Assembly: GCF_006345805.1 (NCBI RefSeq)
Contig: NC_043001.1
Coordinates: 13,516,001 to 13,580,000 of the forward strand
Source: Octopus sinensis
Taxonomy: Eukaryota
Direction of reading: 5' to 3'
DNA: 64,000 bases
The notes below the pieces were generated by a model, which was not told the DNA's origin, searched no databases, and worked only from the letters and a program-made list of their open reading frames with translations. Each line of letters begins with the position of its first letter. Positions within the stretch are counted from its first letter, which is position 1. The position numbers and the translations under genes were made by a program. Positions 60,808-64,000 of this stretch are shown piece by piece.

Positions 60808-60995
60808 GAAGGCGGCGAGCTGCCAGAAACGTTAGCACGCCGGGCGAAATGTATAGCCGTATTTCATCTGCCGTTATGTTCTGAGTTCAAATTCCGCCGA
60901 GGTCAACTTTGCCTTTCATACTTTGAGGATCGATAAATAAAGAACCAATGTAACACTGGGTTCGATGTAATCGACTTGTCCCCTCCCACTGAATT
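60808..60995 (+). mobile_element. SINE family A monomer (alternative tail)
   Basis: GGCGGCGAGCTGCCAGAAACG head. Confidence 0.88.
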
Positions 60996-61022
60996 TCAGG
61001 CTTTGAAGCTTTAGTATAATGG

Positions 61023-61057
<35 letters not shown>

Positions 61058-61058
61058 C

Positions 61059-61102
<44 letters not shown>

Positions 61103-61532
61103 GAGTGAGAAAGCAGCGCATGCCATCAAAGTGACACCGGGGTAAAAATATACGAAGCCCAGTATACCCATCATGACTACCCGTCTGATAAGGGTACACG
61201 AGGCACATGCATCGCAACAATATGTGCGCGACATGTTAATCTCATATCAAGATAAACAGCGCATGACCTTGCAGGTGGGGCCCAGTTAGAATTTTCTTCA
61301 GGTCGAGTAACCCATACCGCTTAAAAGGTCCCTGAATAATGGTTGCTTAAGGATGTTGAACGAGATTCCCATGTTTCCAGATGTGAATTATTCAAACCCC
61401 AAAGAATCCCTCTCAACACATGGCTATGATGCTCCCCCACTACTTCTGCTCGTGATCAGAGATGCACATATCGTCAGCCACTAAGGGACATGCTCAACTG
61501 GTTAAGGTCAAACAACTGGAAAGGAAATCTGT
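61103..61532 (-). mobile_element. Non-coding repeat family E embedded in (TAA)n, longer copy
   Basis: Matches 17463-17800 and extends ~90 bp further 5'. Confidence 0.8.
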
Positions 61533-61571
61533 AATTATTATTATTGTTATTATTATTATTATTATTATTGT

Positions 61572-61788
61572 TCAGTAGTTTTATTTTTATAGCGTGCTTT
61601 CACTTCACTACCGAGCGCAGCTCTGTGTGCCTTGGGTATGTGCTGTGATTTGTTGTGATGCTCTGATGGTTATTGTATGGAAAGTGTTCTGCGTAGGATG
61701 TGTGCAGTGCCTAGTAGTGCAATTTTCTGTATGTTATATGTGTTTGTAAGTCCTGGTGTTTTTGTTATGTATTTGTCTGAATATTTTT
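61572..61788 (-). mobile_element. R4/Dong-like 3' end in (TAA)n
   Basis: Reverse complement of 59196-59411 with two substitutions seen. Confidence 0.85.
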
Positions 61789-61839
61789 ATTATTATTATT
61801 ATTATTATCATCAGTATCATTATTATTATTATTATTGTC

Positions 61840-61871
<32 letters not shown>

Positions 61872-61917
61872 TTATTATTATTATTATTATCATCATCATT
61901 ATCATTATTATTATTAA

Positions 61918-61959
<42 letters not shown>

Positions 61960-62394
61960 TTTAGACTTGTCATCCTCCTCATCATCATCAATATTATCAT
62001 TAGTATTATCATTGTCACCTTTACTTTCTGAATTTAGATTTCGCCGGGTCTGCCTCTGTCTTTCACCCCCTTTCTATGTGGGTGAAATAAGTACCAGTTG
62101 AATATTGCGGTCGATGTTTTCGCCACATTACGGAGCCTATCATCAGCATCAATGCATCAATGCTCGTTGTCCGAGTAAACGGCAACAAACTGGAAACCTT
62201 TCGTATCACATTCACCGTCCATCCTCTCTTGCATCTCTAAAGCATATGACTGCGCACATTTAATCTTTGAGGGTACATTGCTTTCGCTGCGAAACAGAGG
62301 AGCTCTATTTCTATAGACAAACGATGTTATCTCAATGAACACAGTGGAAATACAAGGGGTTATTTTGTTATAGCTGTCAGTTCTTGTTGCCATT

Positions 62395-63050
62395 TAGGAG
62401 TCTTATCCTACATTTTGTGAGTTGATAGATGTGAAAACTGTCCGATCCTGAAATGGTCCTTTGAGTTTCCCATTATATTGTTGGTGAGTTTGAGATGGCG
62501 TTGACGTTTCTTTTCCTCACCAATCTCACTTCCGATTGGTTCAAGGTGTGAAGCTCCTTCGTCGCAGAGAGAGGGCTAGGTTTGCCGGTTCTAGCAAAGT
62601 TTTCAAGTTGTAACGGTTCAATTTTGCAGGAGTTGAGGACAAGCTTAGGATGGTTCCAGAACCTTTTCTTGGTTCCACCGAGAGGGCGAACACCGATTCA
62701 TAACTCTCCGAAAAATACAATATGAATGGTAGAAACCATTCCAAAGAAATATATGTTGACGACAGAAGCAAACTGATATTAGTACAATTCAGTGGGTTTG
62801 CAATTTAGCACAAGGACAGTCTACAGTTTTCTACATAAATTCCTTTATATTGAGCTCTGGCATCCCCTTTACCCCATTTCTATAAATAGAAAATCTTTAT
62901 TGTCTCCTTTCATTTGTTCTTCCCTATCAGAACCTTACAGTAGTCTGGAACAACTGAATCTTAGTCAGTCAGTTGATGGGCTCCACTACCTCAGATGTTC
63001 TTAGAGTTTAAATCCACATCTTTGTCTGTGTGTCTGCCTTCTCTATAATG
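62395..63050 (-). mobile_element. RTE-clade LINE 3' coding remnant
   Basis: ..IVFFGEL*IGVRPLGGTKKRFWNHPKLVLNSCKIEP..LENFA matches the RTE motif FYGEL..G.R..G.PK.RFKD.LK..LK.C.I. Confidence 0.8.
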
Positions 63051-63371
63051 TTGCCACTTGGCATGAACATTTTTGTATTAATGGAAAACCTCTATAATTG
63101 GCTGATGAGTGCTCAGCATTTTAAAACTGTTGTAATACTTACAACATTTAATAAAATGATGTAGTACGAAACGATATTACCAAATTACCGGAGTCATTCT
63201 TGTTGCTTATTTTGATTATAATCACCCACGGATTTATATGGATAACACCATACAGAATTCTGGTGCATCTAAATTAAGTACACCATATCATTTGAATCTA
63301 AATTTTTGATGAACTTATAATATATATATATATTATATATATATATATAAACTAGTAACATTTTCTAAGTG

Positions 63372-63423
<52 letters not shown>

Positions 63424-63426
<3 letters not shown>

Positions 63427-63780
63427 CGTAGGAGAGGCGTGTCGTAAGTAGCTTCCTTATGTACTACAAGATTCCGGGTTCAGTCCCACTGCATTGCACC
63501 TAGGGCAAGTGTCTTCTAGTATAGCCTCGGGCCGACCAAAGCCTCCTGAGTGGATTTGGTAGACAGAAACTGAAAGGAGCATATCGTATATATGTATATA
63601 TATATGTGTATGTGTGTGTATGTGTATGTGTTTGTGTGTCTCTATTTGTCCCCCCTCGCAACATCGCTTGATAACCGATGCTGTTGTGCTTACGTCCCCG
63701 TAATTAGCGGTTCGGCAAAAGTGACCGATAAGTACTAGGCTTACGACGAATAAGCCCGGGGTTCGATTTGCTCGACTAAA
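63424..63780 (+). mobile_element. SINE family B
   Basis: GGCGTAGGAGAGGC head, microsatellite, tail to ..GCTCGACTAAA. Confidence 0.9.
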
Positions 63781-64000
63781 TGACAGAAACGATTTAAAAG
63801 TGTAAAGAGTAAGAGAATATGCGTGTATGTATGTGTGTGTAAGCGTGTAAAGTTTACCTTGAATGCTAATTAGGTAATCATTCCCAGGTAAGTTGATATT
63901 TTGTGCAGTCTTTCGAACGCAACGATAAATTTGTCATCCCCATTTTAATTTTAATATTGATCACACTATTTTCGTTAATGTTTTAAACCATGATATTTCA

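Noticed and set aside
61440-61532. Possible HDV-like ribozyme at the 5' end of family E
   Set aside because: I could not build the P1/P2/P3 nested pseudoknot by eye.

Overview
AT-rich, microsatellite-dense eukaryotic DNA. The SINE families and (TA)n/(TAA)n load look like an Octopus (cephalopod) genome; this is inferred from repeat content, not from a search. No intact protein-coding gene is supportable, so the window looks intronic or intergenic; only a few unassigned candidate exons were seen. It is a mosaic of four or more tRNA-derived SINE families (one forms tandem arrays), decayed DNA transposons (hAT, several mariners, a long-TIR element, MITEs, non-autonomous Helitrons) and non-LTR retroelement fragments (R4/Dong-like in TAA tracts, RTE, Penelope GIY-YIG). 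The most notable signal is a non-coding ~360-nt repeat family in three copies (~33, 48 and 58 kb). Each carries a minimal type I hammerhead ribozyme with a non-canonical U3-A8 core pair, a palindromic stem III and a covarying extended stem I. One copy shows a 363-nt tandem period, and another is a TSD-flanked insertion with a 5' inversion, as expected for a Penelope-associated, retrozyme-like (possibly circRNA-forming) element.
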